Shown piece after piece: positions 50,180 to 63,663 of a stretch of DNA of 64,000 bases. The notes under the pieces were generated by a model. That model saw only the letters and a list, made by a program, of their open reading frames with translations. It did not search any database and had not been told where the DNA came from. Every line of letters begins with the position of its first letter. Positions within the stretch are counted from its first letter, which is position 1. Location: assembly GCA_951406725.2 (NCBI GenBank), contig OX597823.1, forward strand, positions 42,408,001-42,472,000, read 5' to 3'. Source of the stretch: Octopus vulgaris (lineage: Eukaryota). Position numbers and translations under genes: made by a program.

Positions 50180-52058
50180 AGTTTCACTTTTTGCTCTCAC
50201 TTCAAAGCAAATGTTGCAATTTCACTTCCTCTTCTCTTTCAATTTCTGCTCTCTTCAGAGCATAAAGAAATAAAAAAAAACTTTTATGGAAATTTACAAA
50301 TACATTCAAAACCTGAGTTGCCAAGGTTGACGTATGGGGTACCAAAAGATTTGATAATCTTTTGTCTAACAAATAAACTTTATTTTCCTTTACATATTTG
50401 CATTACAAAAATTTAATGTGTATATGTTATGAGGAAATGCAGTCACTCACTTTCTCTCTTACATGCACATGCACACATACATACAAAAAAGATGTGTGCA
50501 TATGTATTTATGTATGTGTATATGAAAGATAATGTGTGTGAGAGACAGAGAGAGAGAGAGAACAAGTGCCACTTATACATATTTGCAAAACAGTACACAC
50601 ATGACAACACACACCATCACTCACACTCTCTCTCTCTCACACACATGCGCACTCATGCACACACACACACATCCATTTCATATACGCGTACATGCATCTT
50701 TCATTTTTCCTCTCTTTCACTTTTTGCTCTCATTTCGAAGCAAATGTCACCTTTACACTTTCTTCTCTCTTTTAATTTCTGCTCTCTTCAAAGCATAAAG
50801 AAATAAAATTTATAGAAATTTACAAACAATCGTATGATCCCATATTATTGTCCATATGATCAAGTTGACAGCTTTCCTACTTGAAACGAAAAAATGCCAT
50901 CAAATAACTTCCTTTAGCACACACACACTATATGAATTATGTTATTTCTTGCTATGTAATTATGTTATTTTTTGCTATGTACATGCACAAAATTACAGCT
51001 CAAATCCAATTGAAATCACCCTTTTCTGTTCTGTAATTCATGTTTGTGATGAGTGTATTTAAAAACCTGATCTTCGATATAAATTTAAATCCTGTCTTTA
51101 CCTATTGTTTCTAGCATGTCCAAGGTGACATTTGCTTTTCCCCTACTGATTTTTTTCCTAAATTTCTTCCGATTCCTATGTTTTCAATACAAGAGATTAG
51201 GATTTTATCCGAAAAACACATTCTTAATATTTTAATTTTCTCCCTCCACACCGCAATTTCTTCAGTTTTTACATTTTTCAAATTTCTTTCTTAGTAATCC
51301 ATGGAGGAAAAAACAGAGAGTACGAATCTTTAAGAATTTTCTTCCTTCTCTTTTTCTTAAAGAAACACTAAAATTTCCTTCCCAAACATCCACCCATCAT
51401 CTCACCACTTTCAAAAAACTACAAATTCTCAATGTTTCACAGGGAAGTTTCTACAGAAATAATGTTGTTTACCTGTTGTTTCTAGCATGTCGATATTTTT
51501 GATGGTGCTCTAATATTCTTTATGTCTGCTATTTCAGTACAATTCTATGCATGTGTGAAACATATGACAAAAATGAAACATAGAGTGCTTTTAGCTTTTT
51601 GAAAGCAGGTAGCTGATTTGGAAGAGGCATTGAATGTTTCTTTAAGAAAATTTAAACTTTAAAAAAAATATATATTTCCAAGATTCATAATCTCTGTACT
51701 TTAGTACATGGATAAAAAAAAAATTTGGTAAAACAAAAAAACATTAAGAAATTGCAGTGGGGACGGGGGAAAACTAAAATTTTGAAAACATGATTTCTGG
51801 GCAAAATCATATTAATCCCATCTTATACGATCAAACAATAAATAGTTTTTGATCCGTCTTAAGAAGACAAAGCACTTTCATACAAACCCATGCAAATTGT
51901 ACCTTCTCCCTTCACTTTTAAACAAACAATAACTTCCATTACACCAGTAATTCAGTTCACTATATATCAGCTGTGCTGATTCTGCCCATAAGAAAGGAAC
52001 AAATAATACAATATGGCTGTAGGTCATAACGCCCGGCAACGCCGGAATGCATTGCTAC
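50180..52058 (+). mobile_element. Probable decayed Helitron with internal direct and inverted repeats
   Basis: 3' hairpin CCGGCAACGCCGG followed by GCATTGCTAC (degenerate CTAG) at ~52032-52058. Direct repeat 50185-50303 vs 50718-50828. Inverted repeat 51180-51440 vs 51570-51840. Confidence 0.45.
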
Positions 52059-52344
52059 CTTTGGATTACATTAACTTATTCATTTAAAGTATGCCCCTTT
52101 TGCACCCGCCAACACTTTTTTCTGCAAAATTTGGGTAGCTTATCCTGTTCAGGCTATATTATTAGCATTATCCTGCATCTGAGAACTTTAAATCACTTCT
52201 TTAAGTTTCTAAGACATCTCAATGCTTCTAAAAGCAAACTTCATTTGTTTTTTTACTTTCATTGTAAAATATATATATGTATGTATGTATGTGTGTGTGT
52301 GGGGGGGTGAACAAAAATTATAAAATTATTGACACCAATCAATC

Positions 52345-52548
52345 ATGGCTGTTTGCCAGCCTCCCCTGGCCCATGTGCCAGTGGCACGTAAAAAACACCC
52401 ACTACACTCACAGAGTGGTTGGCGTTAGGAAGGGCATCCAGCTGTAGAAACACTGCCAGATCAAACTGGAGCCTGGTGCAGCCTCCTGGCTTCGCAGACC
52501 ACGGTCGAACCGTCCAACCCATGCTAGCATGGAAAACAGACGTTAAAC

Positions 52549-52578
<30 letters not shown>
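52345..52578 (+). mobile_element. Family C copy
   Basis: Close match to 31090-31298, with (GAT)n tail. Confidence 0.85.
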
Positions 52579-52579
<1 letters not shown>

Positions 52580-53023
52580 TGCTCTGTTAAATCATATATT
52601 AAAGACAAAAAAGAAAAGCATCAGTAAAAATTCAGTTGGTCAGAAGTCCCAATGCATGGAAACAAACGAAACATGTGACTATGGTTCTGAATGATAACAC
52701 ATTTTTCTGTAGATATTTTAGTTATTGTTGAAGTATTACTTTAAATAACTATAGTATCTGATCATTCATTTGGCAACATTTTCAATGGGGGAAGTTTTTG
52801 CTTGCTTTACTCTTTTCAATATAAAACTTATAGAATAAAACAAACTGGAAAATATTTATGAAAGCATTTTTGAAATTAAAATAAAATTCTGAAAACCAAA
52901 AACCAAACTGATTAGGAATCAAACTTCTTTACCAGACAACCTTGCCTGCCCATACATCAATATATACACACATGTATGTATATGTGTGTGTGTTTGTGTA
53001 AGTATGTATATAGTGTGTGAGTG

Positions 53024-53071
<48 letters not shown>

Positions 53072-53075
53072 CATA

Positions 53076-53445
53076 GGCACAGGAGTGGCTGTGTGGTAAG
53101 AAGCTTGCCTCCCAACCACATGGTTTCAGGTTCATTTCACTGCATGGCACCTTGGGCAAGTGTCTCTCTGCTATAGCCTCAGTCTGACCAAAGCCTTGTG
53201 AGTGGATTTGGTAGACAGAAACTGAAAGAAGCTCATCATGTGTGTATATATATATTTGTGTGTCTGTGTTTGACCCCCTATCACCTCTTGACAACCGATG
53301 GTGTGTTTACACCCCATAACTTTGTGGTTCAGCAAAAGAGATGACAGAATAAGTACTAAGCTTACAAAAATAGGTCCTGGGGTCAGTGTATTCAACTAAA
53401 GGGAGGGCCCTAGCATCGCCACAGTCAAATGACTGAAACAAAAGA
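53076..53445 (+). mobile_element. Full-length SINE family B
   Basis: tRNA-like head with A/B boxes (TGGCTGTGTGG, GGTTCATTTC), CORE-like CCTTGGGCAAGT and an internal microsatellite. Confidence 0.85.
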
Positions 53446-53589
53446 ACAAACTGAATATATATGTATATACAAATATATATATTGTATGTATGTATATAGG
53501 TATGGCAAAACAAACAGGATAAATAGAAGTCAATAAGTATACATGTTTTAGTTTAGAGTGTTTTTATATTCAGTCCATTAAAAATAATT

Positions 53590-54390
53590 TTTCTATTATA
53601 GACACAAGGCTTGAAATTTTGGGGAGGAGGTTGGTAGAAGAGTCGATTACATTGACTCCAGTACTTGAGTGGTACTTATTTTACTGACCCTGAAAGGTTG
53701 AAAAGCAAAGTTGACCTTGATGGAATTTGAACCCTAAACACAAATATAGACAAAATGCCACTAAGCATATTCCTTGGCATGCTAACAATTCTGCCAAGTC
53801 ACCATCGTAATAATAATAATAAGAAGAAGAATCCTTTCTACTATAGGCACAAGGCCTGAAATTTTCTGGGAGATCGACCCCAGTACAAAACTGGTACTTA
53901 ATTTATCGATCTCAAAAGAATGAAAGGCAAAGTCAACCTCAGTGGAATTTTAACTTATAACATAACGATGGGTGAAGTACCACTAAGCATTTCATCCACC
54001 ATGCTAACAGTTCTCCCAGCTCATCACCTTAATAATAATCTTTTTTCTTTTCTACTAAAGCCATATGGCCTGAAATTTTGTGGGAGGATACTGGTCAATA
54101 ACATCAACCACAGTACTTCACTGGTACTTAATTTATCAACCCCAAAAGGATGATGGGCAAAGTCGACCTTGGCAGAATTTGAACTTAGGACATAGTGGCA
54201 GATGAAATGCCACTAGGTATTTCACTTGGTGTGCTAAGGATTCTACCAGCTTGTCAACTTCATAATAATGGTTTCAAATTTTGGCAAAGGGGCCATTTTG
54301 AGGGGTGAAGGAAGTCAAATACAGTGAGTCCAGTACTTGACTGATACTTTATTTCACTGATTCTAAGAGGATAAAAAGCAAAGCCAAATG
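53590..54390 (-). mobile_element. Head-to-tail cluster of family A SINEs
   Basis: Three to four repeats of CAGTAC..CTGGTACTTA..GAAAGGCAAAGTC..GAATTTGAAC..CTAAGCATTTC. Confidence 0.8.
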
Positions 54391-54399
54391 GTCAGTCAT

Positions 54400-54630
54400 T
54401 ACATGACAATCAAGTAGAATGGTTTTTGAAGATAATAGTTCATCTGAAGACTAGGCATATATGTTCCAGATATAACAAGTTGCCCCATATTTGTTAAGTT
54501 AAGTGAATGTTAAATGACAATGCATGGTTTGGAGTTACTTAATATACCAGGAAATCTAAAAGTATCAGAACTACAAAAAATTGTTCTCAATAGTATTGGA
54601 CATATTCTAAGAAAAACACTGCCAACTTAC
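54400..54630 (+). mobile_element. R4/Dong-like LINE extreme 3' fragment
   Basis: IPGNLKVSELQKIVLNSIGHILRKTL resembles the QK..LLGTAHILRK.L terminus. Confidence 0.6.
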
Positions 54631-55745
54631 AAATACCTAAGTCTTTTAAACTCATTTGAAATCACAAATATTACAACAAACTTTTGACAAAATCCTAATT
54701 CTCAGTATTCAATCTCCTTTCCCTGTAATATATCATTACCACTCATAAATAATGCCCACATTTTAAAATGTTCAGCATATTGTCACTCAAAGTGTTTGAG
54801 TGAAACTTAGAACAACTAGTGTAAAACAAACCAACACCACCAACAAAAACAATGAGTCAAGTTTTTGGCATAAGGTTAGCAATTTTTGAAGCAGAAGACA
54901 AGTCAGCACCATCAACCCCAGTACTCATCAACTTCAAATGGATGAAAAGCAAAATCAACCTTGGTGGAATTCGAACTCAGAATACAAAGAACTGGAAGAA
55001 ATGCCGCTAAGCATTTTGCCCAATGTGCTAATGATTCTATTAGCTTGTTAGTACATTACATTCTGAGTTTAAATCGAACTAAGGTCAACTTTGCCTCCCG
55101 TCCTTTCAAGATCAATGAAATAAAGTATTAATCAAGTGCTATAATCAATGGAATCAACTTTATCCCTCCCCTTAAAATCACTGGTTTTGTGCCTCTATCA
55201 GAAACCATTACAATCAGAGGTTAGTCTACATTTTTGAGGCCCTGGAACTTGAACAGTTATTGGTGGAGAGACCATCCTTGAGACCAGCAACAAAGTCTGA
55301 AAGATCTTGATATCTATGCAAGGACTTGGAGGTCCAAAGGGCAGAGAAGAATGCAATTAGGTAAAGTCCTTAAAAATGAGGCCATACTGCAAGTCCTGCC
55401 TACATGCAATGAGTTATGGATAACCACCAATCTTCTTCAATAGGTCTGTTCCTTAAAAGATTACTACAAGTTTTAAAATAAAAGTTTAATCAATGTCTCA
55501 AATTTTGATTCAAATTATTGTACTGGATAATCTCACATGTTTAGAGTCACTTGTGTGAATAAATATTTCCTATACCATATAGTTTTCAAGTTGGGTGGGT
55601 GGATGAAAATTAAGCATAATTCATTAGCATGCACAATGCATCATAGATTGATGAAATATAATATAGCTAAGACCTGAGTTAATATAATCATTTATTTTAA
55701 ACACTCATGGGAATATTAACTACAAGAATCACATTTAACAAAATA

Positions 55746-56154
55746 AGGCAGCGAGCTGGCAGAAACGTTAGCACACCAAGTGAAATGCTTAGGTGGTATT
55801 TGGTCTGCTGCTACGTTATGAGTTCAAATTCTGCCGAGGTCGACTTTGCCTTTCGGGATAGATTAAATAAGTAGCAGTTACACACTGGGGTCAATATAAT
55901 CGACTTAATCCGTTTGTCTGTCCTTGTTTGTCCTCTCTGTGTTTAGCTCCTTGTGGGTAGTAAAGAAATAGGTATTTCATCTGCCGCTATGTTCTGAGTT
56001 CAAATTCCACCGAGGTCAACTTTCTCTTTCATCATTTCAGGGTCAATTAAATAAGTACCAGTTACACACTGGGGTCAATATAATCGACTTAATCCGTTTG
56101 TCTGTCCTTGTTTGTCCCCTCTCTGTGTAGCACCTTGTGGGCAGTAAAGAAATA
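55746..56154 (+). mobile_element. Family A SINE with tandem-duplicated 3' portion and a target-site-like duplication
   Basis: 55790-55970 is repeated at 55971-56153. Flanks CACATTTAACAAAATA at 55730-55745 and 56161-56176. Confidence 0.9.
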
Positions 56155-56179
56155 AGGAGCCACATTTAACAAAATACCC

Positions 56180-57900
56180 TTCTTCCTGTTTTTAACAAGT
56201 AGCAAATTTATACAAAGTTTTGTCAGATGAGCATTTTGTTGCAATGTTATTTTCTAGATACGATACTGATAAACAATTTGAGCACTCTTCAATCATGGTA
56301 GGTATTTTTATTATAAAGGACAGCATTGAAAAATTCCTTTCTGCTTCACAGCTCATGATAGACATTGTCAAATACAGCTTGAATTCAGTGGAAATAATGA
56401 GGAACACTTCAGTCAGGTGTTGCTCACAAACTGAAGAATTTCTGAGCATTCCATTTTGAATGAAGTGTTTTCTTCTGTGTTTTTGGATTTCTTAAGGGAC
56501 AAATATTCTCTGAACTGTTAGTACTCACTAATTTAGGGTGAATATCATATCTGTAATGTAAGTTTATTGCCCTTATCAGTTTTAGAACTGTTCACTAATT
56601 CTGAGAGGAACTTGAAACTTTTCATAATCTGCTCAAAAGAGTTAATCTTCTTCTTATGTAACCGGATTATCCAACAGTCATAAACTGAATCTAGAACTTC
56701 AGTATTAAATTTATCAATTCCTCTCAAAGAAGCACTATCACTTGTAACATTTGAAAATTCCTTTGTAACTATGCTTTTTGGAAACATTGGAATACTTTGA
56801 TATCACATCTTCACACAATCCTTTTGCTTCTGATTCATAGTATGACATACTGTCATCTGAATTTTCTCATTTCTTTTACTAACCAAAGTAAAGATGATAG
56901 CAGAAGATAACATTCAAATATATACAAATCGAAGGTCTGAAGTCTCTCATTTAGTTAAAATGCTTCAACACTTCCTCCCAAATGACTTAAAGTACCATTC
57001 TCCAACTTTATGAATTGGATGTATAAATTCTTTGATTCTTATTTACATTTAACTTTCACCTTTTAGTCTTCAAAAATATGTTTGAGTTCATAGAATATCT
57101 GATTATGTTTTTAATTGCCCTGATTGTTTCACATTGTGTAGACCATCTAGTTTACATTTCAGAGAAACATCTAGATTATTCTGTGTGTTTAAAATCTCTC
57201 ATCTTTCTGAAGATTTTGCAAAGAAGACCTGCAGCTCCTGAAAAATACCAAAATATTCAACAACTCCAGGTACAGAAGACAGCATCTTTTCTGTATCAGG
57301 GTTGAGTGAATGAGATGCACATGGCACAACATTGTTCACATACCTGTTAATATTCTTAAAAAGTTCTCACAACTCTTTTATTGTGGAACTAACCACATAT
57401 TTTCAATTGAAAGTTTGTGTTCATGCAATACTTGTATTTTGTTGAATAAAGTTGTGGATGAATGCTTTTGTATCGACAAAATATAAATCTCTTGCATAGT
57501 TTTCCATTGGGACTAGGCAGCCTGAATTACAGGAAATCAAGGGAATGTAAGAATTCCATAGGTTCACAATCATTTGGCAGGTTGCCTTATATGAGAAAAT
57601 TCACACAAATAAGCATACATTACAAGCTCGTCAACATGTATCAGATCATATGTAGAGTTGACTATAATAGAATGTTATTATTGGTGTTGAGGATTTGATT
57701 TACAATTGCATTTTGCATGTTTTCCTATGATTTCTCTCAATTCTTCATACGGTTTTTTTGATGGAGAAATATTGTTTGCTTTTTCATTATTATATCTCTT
57801 AAAATGTTCCTCTAAAAATGTGTTTAACTATGCTATTACCTCCACGGTTCCCATAAATATTCTATTATTCAAGGCACAAGATATCTCATGAAAATATAAC
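56180..57900 (-). mobile_element. Decayed hAT transposase (ZMYM1-like)
   Basis: C-terminal dimerisation motif LYLTMSIMSCEAERNFSMLSFI..TMIEECSNCLSV; VPCASHSLN at ~57300-57328; WST-like motif at ~57135-57145. Confidence 0.85.
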
Positions 57901-57954
57901 TGTCTAAAAAAATAGACTGGTAATATATTTCATGGTTTTCTAATCTTATTGAAT

Positions 57955-57992
<38 letters not shown>

Positions 57993-58379
57993 TTCATGAG
58001 CTTTATATGTTTGGTAGCCAAAGGGGATGAACACTGACAAAACTTTTTTTGCAGTTTCTACTCAGTGTCCAAAAGGTGGGTATGCATGAATCTACAATCT
58101 GTTTATTGATAGTGGAGTTCTTGATTTTTGCATTTTTTCCTATTTTTCCTTACCCTCAATCTTACAATGAATTGCACAGATGAGTATCTAGAAGGTAAAA
58201 TAACTTTGGCTATCGTGGAAGACTAATGATGATATATCTTCAGAGAACAATGCTTTCTTATCTGATGATGACTGATGCCAACAATTTCAATAACAGTAGG
58301 TGATCATTTGTATTGATTGATCTGATGTAGGTAATCTAATGCCAGGAACAAAGGTTGATGGCAGCAACACTGCAGTGAT

Positions 58380-60080
58380 TCCTCTTGAAGACATTCTCAT
58401 AGATATTTGATGAAATTTTGATTGAGTTGATTTGCAGGGAAGCAAACAAATATGCTGGTCAAAATTCAGCACATAATTTGACAACTGTCACACCTGCAGA
58501 ACTTCATGTGTTTTTAGGGATGAATGCAATTTTTGTACTAAAAATTCAAGATACTATCAAATTATTAGGAGATCTGTCTTGGCCAAAGAAGCCTATGCTA
58601 CAGCAACACATTTTGTTAAAAAAAATAATGACATGCAACAAGTCTTGAAACCTGAAACAATATCGTCATTTCTCTGATAATGAAATTTAGAATCGTGAAA
58701 CTCTTCACACCCATCCTAAAATAAATAAGATATATAAAGTGTTTTGTGATATTGCAAAATTTCATCATTCACATACTCTAACAGGGATATAGATATTTAA
58801 AAAAAGCCATTATGTTGTATAACGATAGACTTGCATGAATTTAATACAAGCCTAGTAGATTTGGAGTGCACTATTTTATGTTGTGTAAATCAGAATTGGG
58901 GTAGACTGCTTGGGCTATCATCATCATCATTTGACATCTAACTTTTATGCTGTCAATGGGATGGATTGTTTGACAAGCTCCATTGGGCTCAAGGATTGCA
59001 TCATGCTCCAGCATCTGTTTTGTCATGGTTTCTTTGGCTGGAGGCTCTTCCTAATGCCAACCATTTTACAGAACATACCGTGTGCTTTGGGTGCCTTTTT
59101 GTGCTACCAGCACTTGTGAGGTCACCAGGCAGCTTGCAAAGACTATGAACCCCAAGGTAGTATGTTTACACTAGAAGAAGGTTTAAAGTATGAAAGAAGA
59201 GGCAAGGGAAGAACATGTTTTTTACTGCCAAGTTACAAGAGTGCTCACATTATAGAAGAGAGGAGAGTGACTGGGTGGAGCTGGAAAGTGATATAATTGG
59301 TGGAGATGAGGTGTCTGGATGGACCCTCAAGGTACAAAGTGAAAAGAAGAGGAGACAGAGGAATCAGGGTGTGTGGGTGGACCTTGCAAGGGTGTATGGG
59401 GGAGGGGGAGGGAGAAATAGGAAATGTACAAGGGAAGGCAGGTGACAACTGTGAAGATTGGGTAGAGTTAAAGGATTTGATGTAGTGAGTGGTGGATAAG
59501 GGTAGGGGATGACAAATGATGCATAACTTAGGGGAGGTAGGGAGTGTAGGGGATAATTGATAGTGCAGGAGAAATGTGGAGAGCAGTAGTATAGTAATGA
59601 TGGTATAGTAGGAAATGGGATGAAGCTTCATCAGGAATTTCATAACATCGCAATGTCCTTGCAACAATCATGAAACTTTTGATACAACAAAAAACTGCCT
59701 AGCTTTTATACAAATCACTAATTAGTTGATATACTTGTCCAAAATAGAAAGGAAATGCCTGAACCACTGAAGAAAAAAAAACTGAAGAGAGATGTAATTT
59801 TTATATTTTGGAGAGGCACAGTTCTGGCTCTTAAATGAAAAGATAAAAATATGCACCTGTAGTCAACAATTCACCTATAAAAAAAGTAACTACTAGAACA
59901 AAAGTTATGAAAAGACCAGAGGCTGTTTGTGACTACAACTTAATAATGAGAAGGGCAGATAAGGTCGATCAGCATTTCAATGATTTGCCAGTATCTAGGA
60001 AATGAAGCAAAAAAGTTCTATGAGAAGATCTTTCACTTAGTAGTTATTGCATTATGGAATTCACACACCTTTTATAAAGC
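58380..60080 (+). mobile_element. Decayed piggyBac (PGBD4-like) transposase interrupted by a retro-insertion at ~58910-59650
   Basis: CREANKYA, ELHVFLGM, HFSDN, SRFG..FMLC, NRKEMP, KRPEAVCDYN..DKVDQH, KKFYEKIFHL..ALWNS. Confidence 0.85.
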
Positions 60081-61377
60081 ATCACTTGCAGCTGATGATG
60101 ACAACTAGGACAATAATTATAGCAATGATAATGATGATGCAGCAGCTGCTCAAAAACCTGGCAGCTTGAAAAGACTATGAACCCTAAGGCAGTATATTTA
60201 CACTAGAAGAAGGTTTAGTGGTGAATGCTAAATAAATTTGTACAGCAAACCAGTTGGATACATCATGAAGATAACAGTCTGTAGAAAATATACAGTCTAT
60301 TTCTCAACTCAGTTGAAACTTGGTTACACGCGCTTCAATAACAGGAACAAAATGACGTGACATAGCTTCCAGGAAAATCTCTGAAAATTCCCACCTCGTT
60401 AGCCAAAGCAGGAAAAATCTTCCTATTTAAAGATAAATTGAAGTTCACACAGGCACTTGATTTTGCTGCTCTGGTTGGTCTATTATACAACAGAATTAAA
60501 AAAAAAACTGTATCCCACATAAAACTAAACCAATCAGTCAAGTATACTCAGTCAAGTATTACATTATTATATGACCAGTTTATGTGACAAATCATTAGGA
60601 ACATATAGGATGAGCCAATTTCTGACCATTTGAGTCTAAATGATGCAACAATTTATGACAACAGTCTTGTGACAAGTGTAATTTGAAAAAATTTACTGTA
60701 AATATTTTCAACAATTTCCACAGTTTAAAAACAACAGCATTTTATTTTAGAATATTCTTCGAATTAATGTAATTAATAGACCTCATAAGGTGGGAAAATG
60801 AAACATTTTAAAATTTGAAATACAAAAAAGTATTTTCATTTGAATTAAAACAAGTTAAATTTTTAGCTCGAGCAACATAAAATAAAATACGTTAGAGAAA
60901 AGTTAATGAATTAAGAAAAATAAACTTAATGAAAACAACGTGTTTTCAGTGAATTTTTTCATAAATTCGATTTAAGCTGAAATAAACATGTCTGAAGTTT
61001 GTCAAATAAATAAATTCCAGTGTTAAATAAATTCCAATGTTAAAATGCAGTTAGGGATTAAATAAGTAAAAGTAAATTAACTGATAGTTACAGCAGTGAC
61101 ATTCGATAATTTGATAAAGAGAACTGGATTAACTAGCTATCTAGAGGTTTAGTAAGATGGCAGCCAATTCAGCAAAAGTAGTCATAGTGAAATCTAGTAA
61201 AATAGATTATTTATGTAAATAATCTATTGTAAGGTGACAGGAACAATGCCACCACTTCCTCTCGGTTCTTTCTGTAAAACTCAGAAGTCTTGCAGAGTTA
61301 TTGTATTATTTGCATGCAACAGCATTGGCTTATCATACATCAACATAGAAAGCACCACATTGCCTTTTCAGTAGTAT

Positions 61378-61621
61378 TTATTTCTTTATTGCCCACAGCG
61401 GGGTGGGGATGGCGCTAAATATAGAGGGGACAAACAAGGACAGACAAAGGGATTAAGTTGATTAGATCGACTCCAGTACATAACTGGTACTTATTTAATC
61501 GACTCCAAAAGGATGAAAGGCAAAGTCGACCTTGGCGGAATATTGAACTCAGAACCTAACGGCAGACAAAATACCACTAAGCATTTCGCCCAGCATGCTA
61601 ATGAGTCTGCCTGCTCACTGC
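61378..61621 (-). mobile_element. SINE family A
   Basis: Inverted match to 55746-55970. Confidence 0.85.
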
Positions 61622-62214
61622 CCTATTATTTACATGTTACTTATAGATTTGTCACTGAGGTCCACTATTAAAATGAATTATTTTACATTTCTTGAACCTT
61701 CTAAGTTTTTATGATGTAAACATTATTTCCTTTACTTTTCTAATACTTTTTAATTTATATATTTATTATTTTTTTTGTGTTGCTTCTCTTTTTGTTTTCA
61801 TCAAGTTTGAAGCATTTTCAGCCACCTATTAATATCCTTAGGAATTTTGCTTTCTTTGGCCCAAGCACTCTTTTATTTGTGCATTGACTTACATTTTTTG
61901 GTTTTTTCATCTTTACTTACGGAAAAGGGTTAATAAAATAAAGAATCTAAAGCAATATGTCATGAAAGTTGTTCCTAAAGGTCCCTTTGAGATTAGTGGG
62001 GAGCAATCCTATATGTAAAACCAAAATTAATCAGAAATGATAAACGATAACACCAATATAAATTTATAGAAAATGAGATGATAATTATACTACATAACAA
62101 TAATACTAATAATAATTACTTTTATTTGCTAGTGAGGCATCAAGTGGGGTATACAAAGACTGTACAGTTTCTGTGGAGGTTTACATAAACAATGAGGGAA
62201 AGAAAATGTCAAAA

Positions 62215-62411
62215 GAGAGGACAAAGAAGGACAGACAAACGGATTAAGTCAATTATATCGACCCCAGTGCATAACTGGTACTTATTTAATCGACCCCAAA
62301 AGGATGAAAGGCAAAGTTGGCCTCGGCAGAATTTGAACTCAAAACGTAGCAGCAGACGAAATACCACTAAGCATTTCGCCCGGTGTGCTAACGTTTCTGC
62401 CAGCTCACCAC
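62215..62411 (-). mobile_element. SINE family A
   Basis: Inverted match to 55746-55930. Confidence 0.85.
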
Positions 62412-62865
62412 CAATCGAGCACTGGAGTTGATGTAATCAACTTAACCACTCCCCTGTAAATTGCTGACCATGTGCCAAAATTTGAAACCAGTATTAGCAG
62501 AATCATTACCATTTCAGACAAAATGCTTAGTGATATTTCTTCTGGCATTTTATATTCTGAGTTGAAATCTTGTCATGGTCATCTTTGCTTACCATCTGTT
62601 TGAAAGCAATAAAATAAAGCATTACCGATGTACTGGAGTCAATGTAATCAACTAACCATCCCCACAAAAATTGCTGAAATATATTGAAATATTGTCTTGC
62701 TTGGAAACAAGTGAGTATTGGTGACAGAAAGGGTATCCAGGTTTAGAAAATCTAACTTTCCCTTCATCAAACCTGTCTGATTTGCAAGAATGGAAAATAT
62801 GAATGTTATTATGATGATAATGATGAGAAGGGGAGAAGTAGGAAGAGAAAGAGGTGTGTGTGTTT

Positions 62866-62960
<95 letters not shown>

Positions 62961-63531
62961 GCAATTTGCATCATGTTAAAGTGATGATAACCATTTAAAA
63001 CAAACTTATAACATTACATTCACTAAATTGAATACAATGTTTGTATTTATATTTCAATGAGTCTCAGGATGCTTGTATAATGCAATTGTCTCAGTTTTGG
63101 CATAACTGAATCTCAAAACAAACCAAAACAGTAACACTTTACTATATATGTAAGTTCCAAAAACATAATTAAAGCACAAACAAATGGAAACCAGGCACAG
63201 AAGGTTACCAAATCCTCAACAGTTATTGGTCACCATTTTAGTACCAGCAAAAAAAAAAAAAAATGGAAGATGTGTATGTATTTGAATTTTTCTTGTTATA
63301 TATCACATTTAAACACAGACATTTTTATTCTGATGTTTAATCTTATATCTCACGATTTTACATGATTGATATATATGCTAATTCATATTTATAATGTATA
63401 ATTTATAAATTTTAATTCTTAGTATCACAAAGTATAATTTTTATTCTTAAATTTTTAATTCGTAATTTTTAATCATTAATGCTTAATTGTATTAAAGGGA
63501 TGTAAAATTAGATATATAATATTTTGAAATA

Positions 63532-63663
63532 GAACCTGAAGATGTGTTGGAATAATTGTAAATCTGACGATTGCATATATGTATTTATGTATGTATATAT
63601 GGGTATACAGTCGTGTATACGTATATATATTGTAATCTTCCAATACTGAAAGACGTGTAGTTC
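63532..63663 (+). ncRNA. Type I hammerhead ribozyme with a long microsatellite-containing stem II
   Basis: Stem I GAAC/GTTC; CTGAAGA 63536-63542; stem II GTGTTGGAA/TTCCAATAC; GAA 63648-63650; near-palindromic AGACGTGT; GUA cleavage triplet ending at 63659. Confidence 0.75.

Noticed and set aside
61915-61933. GGAAAAGGGTTAA as the right TIR of the piggyBac remnant
   Set aside because: No matching left terminus found.
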